Shown here in pieces: positions 40,296 through 54,949 of a DNA stretch of 64,000 nucleotides; the stretch's first letter is position 1; every line of letters begins with the position of its first letter. Position numbers and translations under genes: made by a program. The stretch is from Epiperipatus broadwayi (Eukaryota > Animalia > Onychophora), in assembly GCA_028023455.1 (NCBI GenBank), contig JAQFVV010000003.1, forward strand, positions 3,596,001-3,660,000, in the 5' to 3' direction. The notes beneath the pieces are model-generated. The model ran no database searches. It was not told the DNA's origin and saw only the letters and a program-made list of their open reading frames with translations.

Positions 40296-41170
40296 TATTC
40301 ATCTACTAAACATCACATGATCACTATTTCCTATGCTTACACAAGCTGTTATAACAGAGGCAAATCTCTCCATACAAGTAGTGCCATCTAGTGCAAGCTA
40401 GAGTAATCAATGAATGCAAGATTTGTGCATAAAATTATCTAGTGCCTTCTCATTCAATATTCTCAGACTAGTTTCTAGCTTATGCCATTCATCAGTGAGG
40501 AGCCTTGGATTTGAGAACAATGCATCTAGATCTTAAGATCTAATACAATCCTCCAGCAACCCGCATTTACTATAAAGCTACGAGTCTAAAATGAAAACAC
40601 TAATGTTTTCAGTCCAAGCTCATTTGCTTGTATAGTCAAATAGATCTGAAACCAGTTCAGAATCTATACATTTTGGTGTTTTTGGTTCTTTAATAACCAT
40701 AGCCACCTTCATCCTATGTGCAGGATTGATATTAATCCGCTAAACATCACTTTATAACTATTTCCTATGTTTATACAAGCTGTTATAACAGAGGCAAAAT
40801 GCTCTCAAATCCAAGCCTCTTCACTGATGAAACCTAGGCACTAGATAGGGATTTTATGCACAGATCTTTTTGGATCCATTGATTACTCTGACTTGCAGTG
40901 GGTGGCACTATTGTATGGAAAGTTTTGCATCTGTTATAACAACATGTGTAAGCATAGGAAATAGCGATCAGTTGATGTTTAGTAGATCAATACCAATTCA
41001 TCTCATAGGACATGTAGATTCTGAACTGGTTTCAAATCTCTATGACTATACAAGTGAATGAGCTTGAATTGACAATATTATTGTGTTTTCATTTTGGACT
41101 CATAGTTTTACTGTTAACTAAAATAGTAAAAGGTGACTGCTGCATTGTTGCATTAGATATTAAGATCTAC
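40296..41170. repeat. Locus 2: older diverged fold-back array of the hammerhead repeat family (unit ~433 bp)
   Basis: taaacatcac...tttcctatg...agctgttataacagaggcaaa at ~40307 and 40741. Inversion junction at ~40798-40800; the inverted arm covers about one monomer. Shares TCAGTGAGGAG, TAGATCT, ATCTACATGTC and TCACATGA with locus 1. Confidence 0.75.
40460..40501 (-). ncRNA. Degenerate type I hammerhead motif
   Basis: CUCCUCA CUGAUGA AUGGC-AUAA-GCUA GAAA C-UA-G UC UGAGA; stem II closing pair damaged. Confidence 0.6.
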
Positions 41171-43149
41171 ATACACATGTAGCTTTCCTGTAGAAGATCA
41201 TCTGTTTTCTGCCTGTAGGGAGATAAGAGATGCCTGTCATAATAAGAATTGTCTCTCCAGACCATGAAGATATTAAGAACTTGCTATTTGTCAATGATTA
41301 CATATATACACTTAATAATAATCAAATTCTCCTAAACATAGTGCCATAATTCATGCTTAAAGACGAGTCTAATCTAATTAATCTTGAAATGGTATAGTTT
41401 AAATTTTACTTCATTTATTATTTTTATTAATTAAAATGTCATAAAACATTACAATTTTATTATTATTATTAAGTAAATTTAAATATAATTTTTATTTGTA
41501 TTTTCTTTTCTAATATTAATTTACATTTGACTCCTGTATGTGTGGTTTGATTTCATTCCAAGCAAATAAATTTAAACTTTATAATTGTCTTTATAAGTTC
41601 ATGTTTTGTCGGATAGAGGAATACAGAAACAACCAAGAGGAGAGAGGTGTACATTTAAAAATTGCTCTTTAGTCAGGTAATATCATTTTTTAATTAGAAA
41701 TGGTGCTTAGGTGGAAATTCACAATCCTATAAAGATATTGCTTGACTGAAGAAATATACTAATTATAGATTGATTAAAGGGGATAATGATGATGGTATAG
41801 TGAAATGTAGTCAAAGAAATGGTTATGAATAAATAAAATATAAATAGTAGTTAAATGGGCGATCAACACATAGTTAATTTAAGTGTAAATTATCTCTTTC
41901 CTATATCTTTCGAGTATGTTGTTTGAATTCTGTTACTAAGTAACTGATCAAAGACTCTCAACTGTCCTGTGGGTGAGTGCAATCAGTTACAATATATTTA
42001 GCTTCATTATATATTTTATTATACTTTATGCATGTGTAAATTTTGTAATTAGCCAAGTGTATATATTTTGAATTGTAATATGTGAGTTGTACTCATTAAG
42101 TTATACTTTATGTGTAATTTATTATTTTGGTGAATAATTATTAAATTGGTTATCTATAATTTTTAATAAACAATGTTCTATCATTTGTATATACAGTATC
42201 TATTTTTTATTTTTTGTTTTTTTAAAAACAATGGATGTGAATTTGACTATATATACACCACTCATATTTTGAAATAAAATTAAAGAAAAAAAATATTTGA
42301 TATCTGTAAAAAAATAAATAAGCCCTTTTTTTACCTGTTTCTATTTTGTCTTATAATCAGTTTTATTTATTTTTCTCTAGAAATTTTTTCTTTCACTTGC
42401 TGCTATATAAAATGAAGAAAAACATTTTAAAACCAGCGGTGGGGGAGGGGGGGTTAAAAAACTTTTGAGCAAGAAAAAAAAAGAGAATTGATTGGTAAAG
42501 TTATTTATTGATTTAAATTTTTATTGTATAAAAACAGATATGTAGAATGTACTCATGTATATTATATTTTTAAAGTAATATTTGATTAAGTTTTCAGCAG
42601 AAGATATGGAACTTTTGGTGTAAAGGGAGGGGAGGGGGCGCATGAACCAAGAATGGTGGATTAATGATATTGTTCTTGTAACTATCAATTTTCATTGTCT
42701 TGCTTATAAAAATGCAAAAAATTCTACAGTCCCAGAAGTAGAAGAGCTTCAACAACTGCTATTACCTGTGGTAAATAATTGTTCTCAATGACTAAACCAT
42801 TCACGGCAAATTGGATCAAATAGATAAGTATAGATATATTTAAAACAGGCAAAACTCACTATACATATTGCCACACACAGCAACAGTTATACACAAGCAT
42901 AAGAAGTAGTGGTCATGTGATGTTTATTGGTTTATAGATATATTTACCATAGAGAAAAAGTTGACTGAAATATTATACTACCATTTCAAAGATTTCCATG
43001 TAAATTCAGCCTTTGTGTCTTTATAATCTTCACTCAGCAATCATATTTGAATCATCAAATTAGTTTTGAAAATCTAATTTCATTACATTTTTTGTGTGAA
43101 TTTGGAATATTAGAATTTCCTTGATAGCTGTTAAATTTACTTCAAAAAA

Positions 43150-43900
43150 TAGTAGAGAGTCAAAGATGACAGTCTTAACTAAATATGCTAGAGAATTTGG
43201 AAAAATTAAATGGTTATGAAGTCATCTGGTCTGGAAATAATTTAAAAATATAAAGCTGAACTAAATGTCAAGAAATGCAGTGATAGAATATAAGTTTAAT
43301 ATTGTTATAGTATCTAGATTCAAAGCAAGCCTTTTACATGTCACAGTTATCCAAATACACTGCTCCACATTGAATAAGACATATGGTGAAACAGCGTATT
43401 TTATAGGAATAAAAAACTAACACTTAAAATTTATATTATTATAATAGAAAGATTGGATGTGATAGTAGAGATTAGGAATTGCTAATATGTAAATATAGTT
43501 TTCAATCAAAAAATGAAATGAATAACAGAGCTTTTAAATTTTATATTAGAATATATGATTAGCACCAGAAAATGGATGGAAGATGATAGACATAAGCACT
43601 AATAAACCAACATAGTCATTATCAGTGTTAAAGTTTTCTGGAAGCACTTTTGGATTAAGATCTTAGGTTACTACTTGCAAATATAAAGCTGAAATATAAA
43701 ATAAATAAAAAAGATAAAAATTCTTTTTGAGGATTGAAAATATCAGAAGCAGAAGTAATATGAAAATGTGAGTTAATGTTTAATCAGAAATAAAACGTAC
43801 AGACAAAGAAGAAAATATTGATTTGAGCCATAAAATCTTAATTGTTTAAGGAGTTTGAGAAATTTATATCTGAGGAAGAAAAAGTTAAGGAAGATTAGAT
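43150..43900 (+). mobile_element. Degenerate RTE endonuclease remnant
   Basis: Remnants such as VIWSG, LHVTVIQIHCST and a later linker; many stops. Confidence 0.45.
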
Positions 43901-46900
43901 CACAAAAAGTAAGTTGTGATTTTCAATTTATTGACTTATTACATACTTTCACATATACCCTCATTTATAAGTGTTTACTGTGATTCAGTTTATAGGGAAA
44001 AGGTGTGTGTGTGTGAATCTACAAATTGAAGCATCTAACATATCCAAATCAAAATAGACTTTAAAAACTAGTGGCCATTTGAAATTTAGAAAATAAATAT
44101 TTATTGATTTCTATTTTATCTAAGAATATGATTTATCAATGAAAAATATGATTCATAATTACTTCAGGCTAGGAAAGAATTAAACAGAAATTTTATGACA
44201 AGATCTTTCCATTGCTCTTTAGTATGTGATTGTGATGGCTATTTATACTTTATGAATATTGTTTAATTAAATATTTTATTTTTTGCATTTATTATGCACA
44301 CTCTTTCAGTAATATTTATTAATATTTCATTTTCTGATTATAATTTTTATTTAACTTACATAATAAAAAGGTTGATGATTTATATAAAATATTATAGATG
44401 TTTGTCTGAAGGTTCATAATGATGACATTTTATTAGAAGTTATTTATATGATAGACTATTTCCATCATTAATTGAAAAGTCAGATGTTTGTGAAAAAAAT
44501 TAAAATTTTATTTAAATCTTAGCCAATACATTTAACTGTTAATAATAATACACAAATTATTTTGGAATATATTTTGAGTCATGCTTTTTTCTCATTTTTT
44601 AGATGTTACTGTGATGATCTAGTGACATTCTAGCAAGAAGATTGAACCAGTGTTCTTTAGATTTATGAATACTGAATGTAAGGTGACATTAACTAAATTC
44701 TTCCAAAGTTTGATTAAGAAAATACAAGAATATTTGGCAAAAAGGAAAAAGAAAATTTAAAAAACTGATGACATAATAATAGCAAATAATCCTGTATTTA
44801 AATCAGCCTAGTATGATGATCCATAATGTTTAGAAAAACTAGCTATTAACATTATCTTTAAAATGAATTAATAGAGAAATCAGAAGAACTATCATAGATA
44901 AGTGTATAAAAAAAATTTTGAATTACTTTTAATAAAATAATCTAGTTGATTAAAGCATTTCCCCAAATTCATGAATCTAAGGTCATCACGATTTAATTCC
45001 CATGTTAGATTAGTGGTTAGGTGAGCAACTCCTTAAAAAGCAGAGGACAAAAATACCATTCAAATATTGTTTTCTATACTAACCTGTATGTTATTATTTA
45101 TAATTAAATAATGTTTGGAAAGATTTGAATAAAGATTGAATTTATTTAACAATTCAACTAGGTGAAGGAAATAATCTAACTTCAATTATATATATATAAG
45201 TATAGATGTTTGTATGTATATGGATGTAAAATACAAATATAAATGCATGCTGTACCACCTCTAGCATTTGCAGAAATCTGAAGTAAAAATTAAATATAAG
45301 CTTTATTGAATTGCATATGTAGGGGAGGAGAGTAGCTTTATTATCAAAATAAAATGTGATGATGGGGAAAATTTAATAATTAAAACTGCTTGAAAAGAAT
45401 CCATTCATGTTTATGTGATTTGTGTGAACAAAACTATAGTTCAGTAAAATACTAAAAGTAGTATGGCTATTCTGATAGGTTAATAAAGTAGTAATACACA
45501 TAGTAATTGATATTTAAAGGACTTAACAAAGTCACTAGTGAATCTTTTTTCTGATTGGAATCTGGGGTAATCTCCACAGATTCCTATATGATATGTGTTA
45601 ATACTTTATCTTAAAAAAAAAAAAAAGATATACTAAATAAATAAGATAAATTGCTAATTATTCTATAAAATATATTTTCTTTACCTTTGTAAGTTATATT
45701 TTCAAAATTAATTTTTTACATAATTCATGTTCATGCTTAGTCATTAATAAAACTAAGTTACATAATCTCTCTTGAGACATAGTTCTTATGTAGCTTTTAA
45801 TTAATTTTAACTTAGAAAAGTTTTCTGCTGAAGCATTAGAATAAGAACATGTTTAAAATTTTAAAGCTATACATAATTTTGAAAAAGGATCATGAAATTT
45901 ATGTATTTAATTGTAAATTGAACTGCAAAAAATAGATAACATATTGAATAAATTATTTTAATTTATTTCATAGAGATCCCTATCATTTATATCATGATCT
46001 TCATCATCTTTTAAAATAATATTCATGTCCATACATTGCTTAGAAATTCTTTCATAGTTTTTGATATTAGGTTATTATGTAAAAAAAAAAGTATGTTCAT
46101 TTTGTTTAAATCTCTTTTTAAACAGCTTCATAATCACACAAACATTTTTTTCCCTCAAAGTTTTTATTTTTTATTTATTTATAAAATATTTATAGAAATT
46201 TACAATTTATAATGAGGAGTTAACCTCAATATAGTTAAAAACAGTACAAGACTTAAGTAATAATAATAATATTCTAAGTCTGTTAAATATAAAATATTGT
46301 ACAAAATATAAAACCAATAAAATACAGAAAAGAGATAGATGTTCTTTTAACTTGAGAAATTAATTGAATTGCATATTTTAACTACAATTTTGTTTAGGCA
46401 TAAATTTAAGAGTATATATATATTGAACCCGATCCACCCAAATAATTTCCATATTAACCAAGTGTCAATCCTTTTTAAACATAACCTTTTATCTTTTGGC
46501 TTTAACACTATGGAAATGGACCGGCCCTTAAAGCAGAGAGGAGAACACCATTGATAGCATAGCTATCAATGATATCCACAGCCAAATCAAGCTATACAAA
46601 CCATAATATGATTATATTTCCTGACCATGGCCCATCTCGACTGCTGGAATCAAACCCCTGCCATTCAAAGCTTTTTATTTGTTTTGAGGATCAAACTCAG
46701 GTGCCAGCCAATGATATGTTATATAGTCAGCATGCTTCAGATGACAGGCATACAATCCAGTGTTTGACATATTCCAGACTAGCTCCTCTTAACCAGGGTT
46801 CAGCAATTAACTTCACGCAGATAAACATTTATTTCTTTAAATAATTTATGACATAGTAACAAGAGAGAGAGAGAGAATAGACCAATTAATATTTAAGCAA

Positions 46901-49900
46901 ACATTAATATTTATTCATGCACAGACATATTTAACACAATATAATATTTTACATAAAGAAATATAAGTGATTAGTTTCAGGCTAAATTTTGTAATAGTCC
47001 TTCATTAATTAAAGTTCATTTAAAATAAAGATAAAGTATCTATAGACAAGTATCAAAATATCTTTACCTAGGTTTTCATGATTGTCAGTTTCCAACTGGT
47101 TGGCTTTTTGGTCTCCATTGATGATTCCAGGGATTTCTTTCTATTCTGCAACTCAACAATAGGAGAAGGGGGGAGAGAGTAGCGTTAGCATCTATTTTAT
47201 GATTTCATCATTGGTTCTAGGCAAAGACAGTTAACTTTGTCAGAGGATCCTGGGGCCTGAAATTGTTGAATATTCTCCTATGACTATTCTGCAGCTGCTT
47301 TTATAGTTTCCGGATATCTGGTTTGTTTGGATTCTCAATGAAAAACTTTGAGTCAGCATTCTGTCTAAACTGAATAATAATCTGAACTGACTTACAGATT
47401 GAAGGCCAGGCTACTTCAATCACAAAATGAAGGCTTGGAACTATTCAATCACAAAATGCAGATCAGTCTAATAATAATAGAGAATTGCGAGTTTTTATAT
47501 CTTTTTCTTTCCTATTGTTTTAATTTCTTATCATTATTTTTAATTTTGATCATAATTTGAATGTTTTTTTTTTAATTAATTTTTACATTTCGTTAATCTA
47601 ATTGATTTTTACATTACACATCTAATCTTTTTCTTAGATTAATCTACTTTCACTTTTATGAGATAGTTTGCATGTTTTTCTTTTAATTAATTCAATCAGT
47701 AATATTTTAAAGTAATTACGTTTTCGAAAGTTTTTCTTTTACAAACTAAATTTTATTTTAATTTTTCATATTTGCTTAATTTTTATATTGTAAAAGGAGA
47801 GCTTTCTTTAAAAAAGAGAGAGTTAAATCTTTTTATTTTAGATTTTTTCCCCACCCACTTTTCAATAAAAGCTTTATTCTCTTTTTTTTAAAAAAATATA
47901 CGCAATCTTTTTTATTTTATTTTTAAAACTACGTTTTGAGTCCACTCCTTAATTAATTATAACTTTTTGACTAGTCTTGTTTATTTGATTTTTTTTTTTT
48001 TTTAAATAAATCTGATCATGTATTTTTAAATATTAACTATGTAATGCTAGAATATATGTCTGTTTCGTATCACATATTTTGTTAGTGTTACAATATACTG
48101 TGTGTATTACATGATTTATTTTTTTAGCACATTTTTTATCTCCATAAAATTATATTTTTTATCTTGTTTTGAAAGTATGAAGAATAACAAAGGCATTGTA
48201 TGGTTTAAAAATTTTAACATAATTGTGCAGTAGCAACAGTATTATATCTGACTGTTGATTTATATTAGCCATCTTCTTAATAATCTAGTAGAATGAAACA
48301 CTCAGGCTACTTCAAATGGCAATATCATTTTAAACATAAGAAACAATGTAATGAAATGTAGAAACGCAAATAAAGGATCTGTTGAAAGAGTTTTTGACAA
48401 ACTGTACTGAGCAAATAATAAAAACATTTAGTCATCATTTGCCATTGTTCCATATCAGCTTTAACAAAAATTATGGTGAAGATTTATCAATTTAATACAC
48501 TGTGTGCGTGGCTGTTTTGAAATGTTTATATATATATTACATGCATAATTCAATTAATGATATGTCCATATTTATTTCTTAGTAATTTTATCAATTAATT
48601 CTATCTATGTTATATTCTAACTCTGGCATATTTAAAGTCAACGTCATTCATTGTGGACAGTAGATATATTTTAATCATATAATGTTAAGTAGTTAAATAT
48701 TATTAAAACGATGGCATCAAAAGAATTTGTGAAGTATTGATACAAAATTTAGTTTTTAAATGTTTGATCCAAATTTTGAGTTAAGTGTATGGTATATGTT
48801 AATTACCTGAAAAATATATGCAATGTGTGCAAACCGTTTTCCATAAGAATAAATATAATAAGCATATAATATTAGATAATTAGTTATGCATGTTTAGTTA
48901 CAGTGTCTAGTATTATGCAAATTCATGCTTAATTGGTATAAATGTGGAATAATTAGATCTTGGTAATGAAGTACAGTAATTAGAGAAAAGGAGAAATGAA
49001 AAAAAAAGAATAGTCATAAAATAAAATTAAATTCCATTAATGTGGAAATAAAATGGATATGCTTTATAAAAGAAGTAATTATTTGGCAGTATAATTGTTA
49101 TAAAAGTTGTAATGAATTGGAAATCACTGCAAATATAAATATCTTCTATACAATAAATGTTTATTATTTATTATGTTAGCATTAAATTGATTTTTTTCTT
49201 ATCTTATCTTAGAAACAGCTTCATTTATTAAGTATATCAGAGAGATTCATGACCCATTAACATAAGCTACAAATAAATTATTGAACATGCTTCATTGTGG
49301 AGAGGAAATAGAAGAATAATGAAATTAGAGGAACGAATAAAAAAACAGTGCAATATAATCGCTTAAGATTTTTATTATAAACTTAATCATTGATAATATA
49401 ATAATTTTCTACAATACAGCATACTTACACAAAACATAGGTATATGTGTTAAGAAAGATTCACTTTAAACTTAATCTTAATCATTTTTTTAAGTTCTGGA
49501 AAAACTTAATGACATCTAACAAAACAAATAAACAAAAAAGAAGTGATAAAAGATTTAGCCATGTAAGAAAGATTTTTATAATAGCCATTAAATTAATAGG
49601 TTTGATTGATATAGGTTTATGTCACATGATCACCATTTCTTATTTATATATTGTTTATATACAAATGGAAATCAAACATTAAAAAAAAATAATGCTTTCA
49701 GTTAAGCAAGAAAAAGTATAAAATATTTAAATAAACTTCCTGCATTACACACACACAAAGCTAGCTTAACTAGCCCTCTCAAATTATTTTATTTGCATAT
49801 AAACATAAAGGAAGGAATAAAAAATAAATTTTATTAAATATACTGAGTGATTTGATTATATTATTATATAAATGTATGGCCAACTATTATTATTTAAATG

Positions 49901-51201
49901 CTTATATATAGTTTATATATTACATTTTAGTTAAAAGTTATTATATACAAAATATATTTCTAATAATTAAATGATTATAATTTAATAAAAAATGTTCTTT
50001 AGTTAAACTATAATTAAATATATATATTTGAATATAAATATTTGTTTATTAGATATATAAAACCTTGGCATGAGATGTCTTTCTATCTATGCATTGTTAT
50101 GGTTTAATTATAGTATATCCTTATTTGAGTGATACAAAATATTTGGATGACAATCAAATGGGCCACACTAGCTAAAGTTATCAAAATATTTACTCATAAT
50201 ATATATAGATAGAAAATAAAATGATTTCTACAAAATCAAAATAATGAAGAAAACATTATTCATCAGATTTGCCACTTACTATCTCTTTATTGATTAACTT
50301 TGGATAGTTTAGCTGGTTGTTTATAGACTTACAAAACCATTGTCATTTTTTATGATATAATTTTCAGTATACATTTCACATTTGCATTATACATGATCAC
50401 AGTATTTAAAGCATCCAATTGACATGTTCTTTTGTCAAGATGTTTGAGTCAGAAAATCTGCTTTCAGCATATTGATGTGCACTAAGGACAATAAATAATA
50501 ATGACACCAAGTAGTTTTTATTATTAGTATTGTTTATTATAATTCTTATTAATAAACTCATTCTTTCATTTGAATTCAATTTGAATGTTTTTTTATTTTT
50601 ATGGGGTGAAAAATAGTTCTTTCCACTCAACATTGTTAGCAATCACTCATAAAAAATTAGAAAAAAAAAACTTGAGTGAAAATTGCCATACTTGTAATTA
50701 AATAATGAAATACCATTTGCACAATTACATTGTAACAGTTAGTGCAGAGAAATGACCCATGGCTTGACAGATTCATGGACAAGTGGCTAAAACCAATAGG
50801 ATAAAAGAAAATGGAGAGAGAGAGTGAGAGGAAAAATATTGATGATTAAGTTTGTTAGAAATGTTAATAATAAAGTATAATTTAATCAAGCTAAGAAGAT
50901 GAGGGCATTCATTCATTTTTTTAGTTTAGCCATGCATTCTTTTATTATACTTACAATTTTAAAACTAAGCACTTGCGTTTCAATAAAATAATAATAATCA
51001 AAAATTCATTTAGCAAAGTTTGTTTTTTATTTTGAATGTTATTATTAAAGATTTCATATAAATATTATATAAATTTGGTAACTTAATATCCTCATGATTT
51101 AAAAATATTAAATATAAGAAACGGATATGAATATAAAATAATTAAAATATTTTTATATATTTATTTTTTTACCAGCAATTGGATTATAAAATAGATAGAG
51201 A

Positions 51202-51349
51202 ATGATTCCTCATGACCAGCAATTTAGCTTATTTGAACTGTCTCAGATATTTACAATAATGCCAAGGCATGGACGAAGTCCGAAAATCAAATTTTGTGAC
51301 AGAGAAGAGAATGATTTATTTAGTATAATTGCTTTATATTCCGACAACA
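51202..51349 (+). CDS. WD40/beta-propeller-like protein, coding exon 1
   Basis: Acceptor ttttaccag at 51175; in-frame stops upstream of the ATG; MIPHDQQFSLFELSQIFTIMPRHGRSPKIKFCDREENDLFSIIALYSDN; phase-1 donor GTAAGT. Confidence 0.75.
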
Positions 51350-52006
51350 GTAAGTATCTTTTATAATTTGAATACCTATCAGTTAAAATGTTTATACAGG
51401 CAATCTTCTATTTATCTAAGATTAACTTACATAAATCTTTATGCAAATAATCCCTAGCATGTATAAAGTGTAATAAAAATTTAAAAATATATGTAAGTGA
51501 AAATAGTTCTAAATTTTTGTTTGTCTCTTGTGCATTTAATAATTACTGATTATTCAAACTTTGCAATAGATCATGTTAGTGACTAATTGCTTATCATATA
51601 TTGACATATCTTTTAACATATTGGAATTTTTATTTTCTGTATTTAAAATATATATATCTTCATTAATCATGCACCTCAATTGAAAATTTGATTTAAGCAA
51701 GAAACTTAAAACACTTGCATAAGTAGAGAGCTGCCTGCTTTATATTTGAAAGTTTAAAATATTTAAAATTATTTCATTTTATTATTGGTTGGTTGGTCTT
51801 TTAGTACATATAATGATTTTAAAAACTTCTATTGTTCATATAATTTACTTGTTTTTCTTATTATGTTTTTTTTTTTTTTTTGAAGTTTAATTTTTTAAAG
51901 TATTTTATGTAATTGATAGATAAAATTTTATGATTCTTTTATTTTTTATTAATCTGTTTAGTGTGTTTTATTTATGCTATTATTATTTTTTTTTTTTGTT
52001 TATTAG

Positions 52007-52185
52007 ATTATTTAATTTTTTATGGCTTATACAAACAAGAAAATCATCCAACAGTTAGACAATTGCCCTGGCATGATTTACCTGATAAGGAAATAGTTGC
52101 TATGTGTTTTGATCCTACGGGCTATTGGCTTTTATGCTGTACTCCTAGTGGACAACTAATTCTTATTCCAGTCGCTTATTTTTTG
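52007..52185 (+). CDS. WD40/beta-propeller-like protein, exon 2
   Basis: Poly-T acceptor; phase matches exon 1; YLIFYGLYKQENHPTVRQLPWHDLPDKEIVAMCFDPTGYWLLCCTPSGQLILIPVAYFL; donor GTAAAT. Confidence 0.85.
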
Positions 52186-54067
52186 GTAAATTTTAGTAAT
52201 TTATAAAAAAAATTATTGAATAATTTTGTTTGGAAAAAAATATAATTGAAAACTTTTGTTGCAAAATCTATCAGTCTGTTTATTTAAATATCTTTTCCAA
52301 ATTAAGTCATGAGTTATTATTTGATGATTCATTGATTCTCCACAAATACTATTGTCTTTTATCACAAAGTTTGAACTTCTGATATATTTTGATGGTTTTA
52401 TTTAGAAATTTATATATAACAGCAGTTTATTGAAATGACTCCTATAGCTACCAAAAATTTTTTAGAAGCAATAGTTCTGTATTTCCTCTACTCCAGAGCT
52501 TTCTATATAAGCTTGAGTAATGAATGGAAATTGGATTGCAATATTATATGTCCACAAGTAGTTAATTCACATATGAGAATTTCGATTATAAGCAGTGATG
52601 GTACCAGTTATGAAAATTTGGATTTTTTAATAAAAAGCAGTTAAGGTTAATTAATACATACATGCTATTGTAAGTAAATAATTAGCAGCTTGTAGCTTTC
52701 CAAATTACACATTATTCTGGGACTTTGATTTTAAATTTTATTTTCAAATGATGACATTAGGATTCTTGAGTTGTATTCTGACTAACTTGTACAATAGAGC
52801 AAACATTTAGTTTGAATAAGTCATTAGTTTCTGTTACTTAAGCAATAATTTTTACTTGTTTGTAAGTCTGAGCTGGGTGTTTTACAATTATACAAGTTAA
52901 ACTTATGTTGTCAGCATTACTCATCTGATTATTATCCAAAATATTATTGAGAGTAGATTTTCTGAAGCAGTGGTCTATAATCAATAGATTTGTTAAATTT
53001 GTTTTGAATATATGAAAATTTAAAGCAAAACTAAGATCAGAAGTTTCTGTGAATGATGCTTCTTATTGTGTGATGAAAGTATTATTTTAATGTCTGCCTA
53101 CCATTTATTATTATATGACAATGTACACTTTGCTATGGTAATAAAGAAGTTTAAGAAATTATAAATCTGTTATTAAGTCTCAAATCTTTTATTGATATAT
53201 AATTAGTCAAAGGATAAAAGTTTTGTAAAGTTAAAATAGAATTAGTGTTACTAAAATATATAGTTATTGATCTATTAGATTTTTGTAGCTATGTAAGCAT
53301 ATTGATTTAAATTCAAAATCTTAGGTTGTTTTTGAATTGTTGACTACTAGCTTATTAATTAATAGTAAGATGAGAAATGCAAGTGATCGAAAAGTCTCAT
53401 TGATGAAATTATTAACCAGAATCTATTTTGGGAGGATTATAATGCTACTATCATCAAATATCCAATGATTAGCCTAGTTTACAATAAATGATTTTTGAAT
53501 AGAGAGAATAGAATTACTGCTTCTAAAAACATTTGTAAACACTAAATATCATATACTGTTTGTTAGTATATAATCAGTCCTATACAAACTTTTACTATCG
53601 TTCTATTTTGGTTTAGATGGAAAATTGAATTTTGCTTGTTAAGAAATTGCATGATTTAAAATATGGATTTTATACCACAAGTGACAAACAAGCAATAAAT
53701 GAAAAAAGTTTAAAATATATGAATATCAACTCTTATTATATAGGTTTAAGTGATTTTGCTTATAATAGCTATGATTATTGTCTAAAACAAAATCTATAAT
53801 ATATTTAATAATTCATCTGATTAGAGCATCTGATTTCTCATTTAAAAAAATGTGAATTTGAATCACAGGGGTAATGTGCTATTCCTTCTTGTGATTTTGT
53901 GATTGAAAGTGGTTTCGTTATTGGAATTCATAATTTCCTGTCCCATTTAGAATGTTATAGTTCTGATTTCTGGAATATCTATATATATATAAGATATATA
54001 TTGGAAATAAAGGTCATTTATTTATATTTGGAAATATGTACAGGTTATTTCTGTATTTAATAATTCA

Positions 54068-54832
54068 GTTTAACTATTCTACAAAAATTACATATGCATG
54101 ACTGGTCAAGATTTGTATATCAAAATGAATAAAATCAGATGTAAATTAATCAATTACATATAATTAGAACAATGTATATCCCTCCCCCCATTTAATAAAC
54201 AATGTTATATTGGTACTGGGCTAAATTGGTAGAATAGTAAAACCCAGGAATCAATCCGATAGCTGTAAGAATCTAGTAGCTGTACTAAAACTAATGTTAT
54301 GCCTGAACAGTATGTGTGCTTTGTAAGCACACAAAAAAAAACTCTTTATAGAATCTGATGTGTTTGGAGAAAGATATATATGGTCAGATGAAGACAGATT
54401 TAAATTTCCTGAAGAATATTGCATCTAAAAACTACACTTATTTCATTGAATTAAGCACGTCTGTGTTCAAAGTGACTGTGAAATTTGAAACACAAAATGT
54501 GTATTTATTTTTGGTGTGTGAAACATTAAACACCACTAGAAGATAAACCTTAGACACTTGTTTCATCAGAATGAACTTGACTTTAGCTTCCAAATGAAAC
54601 AAGGCAACAATTTTCTCTAAATCGATGATTCCTAATAAATTAATATTACAGTTCAGTAAAACTAAGCTAGTTTTGCCTAAATTTGAACTGGGAATAATGT
54701 ATGGTGCACTAGATTTCTTAAAATTACCCCCTTATTATTGTTAAATATATACTTTGTTACTAAATTTATGATATTGTATTATTAACATTTAAGCTTTCTG
54801 CCTTGTATTTTAAATACTCTCAGGACATAGCA
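54068..54832 (+). mobile_element. Penelope-like element ORF remnant (thumb-linker/GIY-YIG), copy 1
   Basis: Degenerate IGRIVKP, LYRI-C...KIY(I)GQ, TTRR-TLDTCFI; homologous along its length to 59338-59969. Confidence 0.5.
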
Positions 54833-54949
54833 GAATATCTCAGTTGACAACTTTTGAAGGAATAAAAATTGTTCAATGACACAAAACAATAATCAATAAA
54901 GGATTAGTAAATGAATGATAAAATAGCATACTCTTATAGTTATTATAGC

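Noticed and set aside
41170-41280. TSD or extension for locus 2
   Set aside because: No direct repeat matching the left flank; boundary uncertain.
44620-44860. Coding-like stretch after a poly-T acceptor
   Set aside because: Stops in all frames and no recognisable family.
46330-47460. GC-richer block with short ORFs (46369, 46569), possibly a solo LTR
   Set aside because: No recognisable protein motif, LTR termini or TSD.
53909-53933. Possible decayed hammerhead on minus upstream of PLE-like copy 1
   Set aside because: Core (TTATGA) and stem II are too degraded to call.
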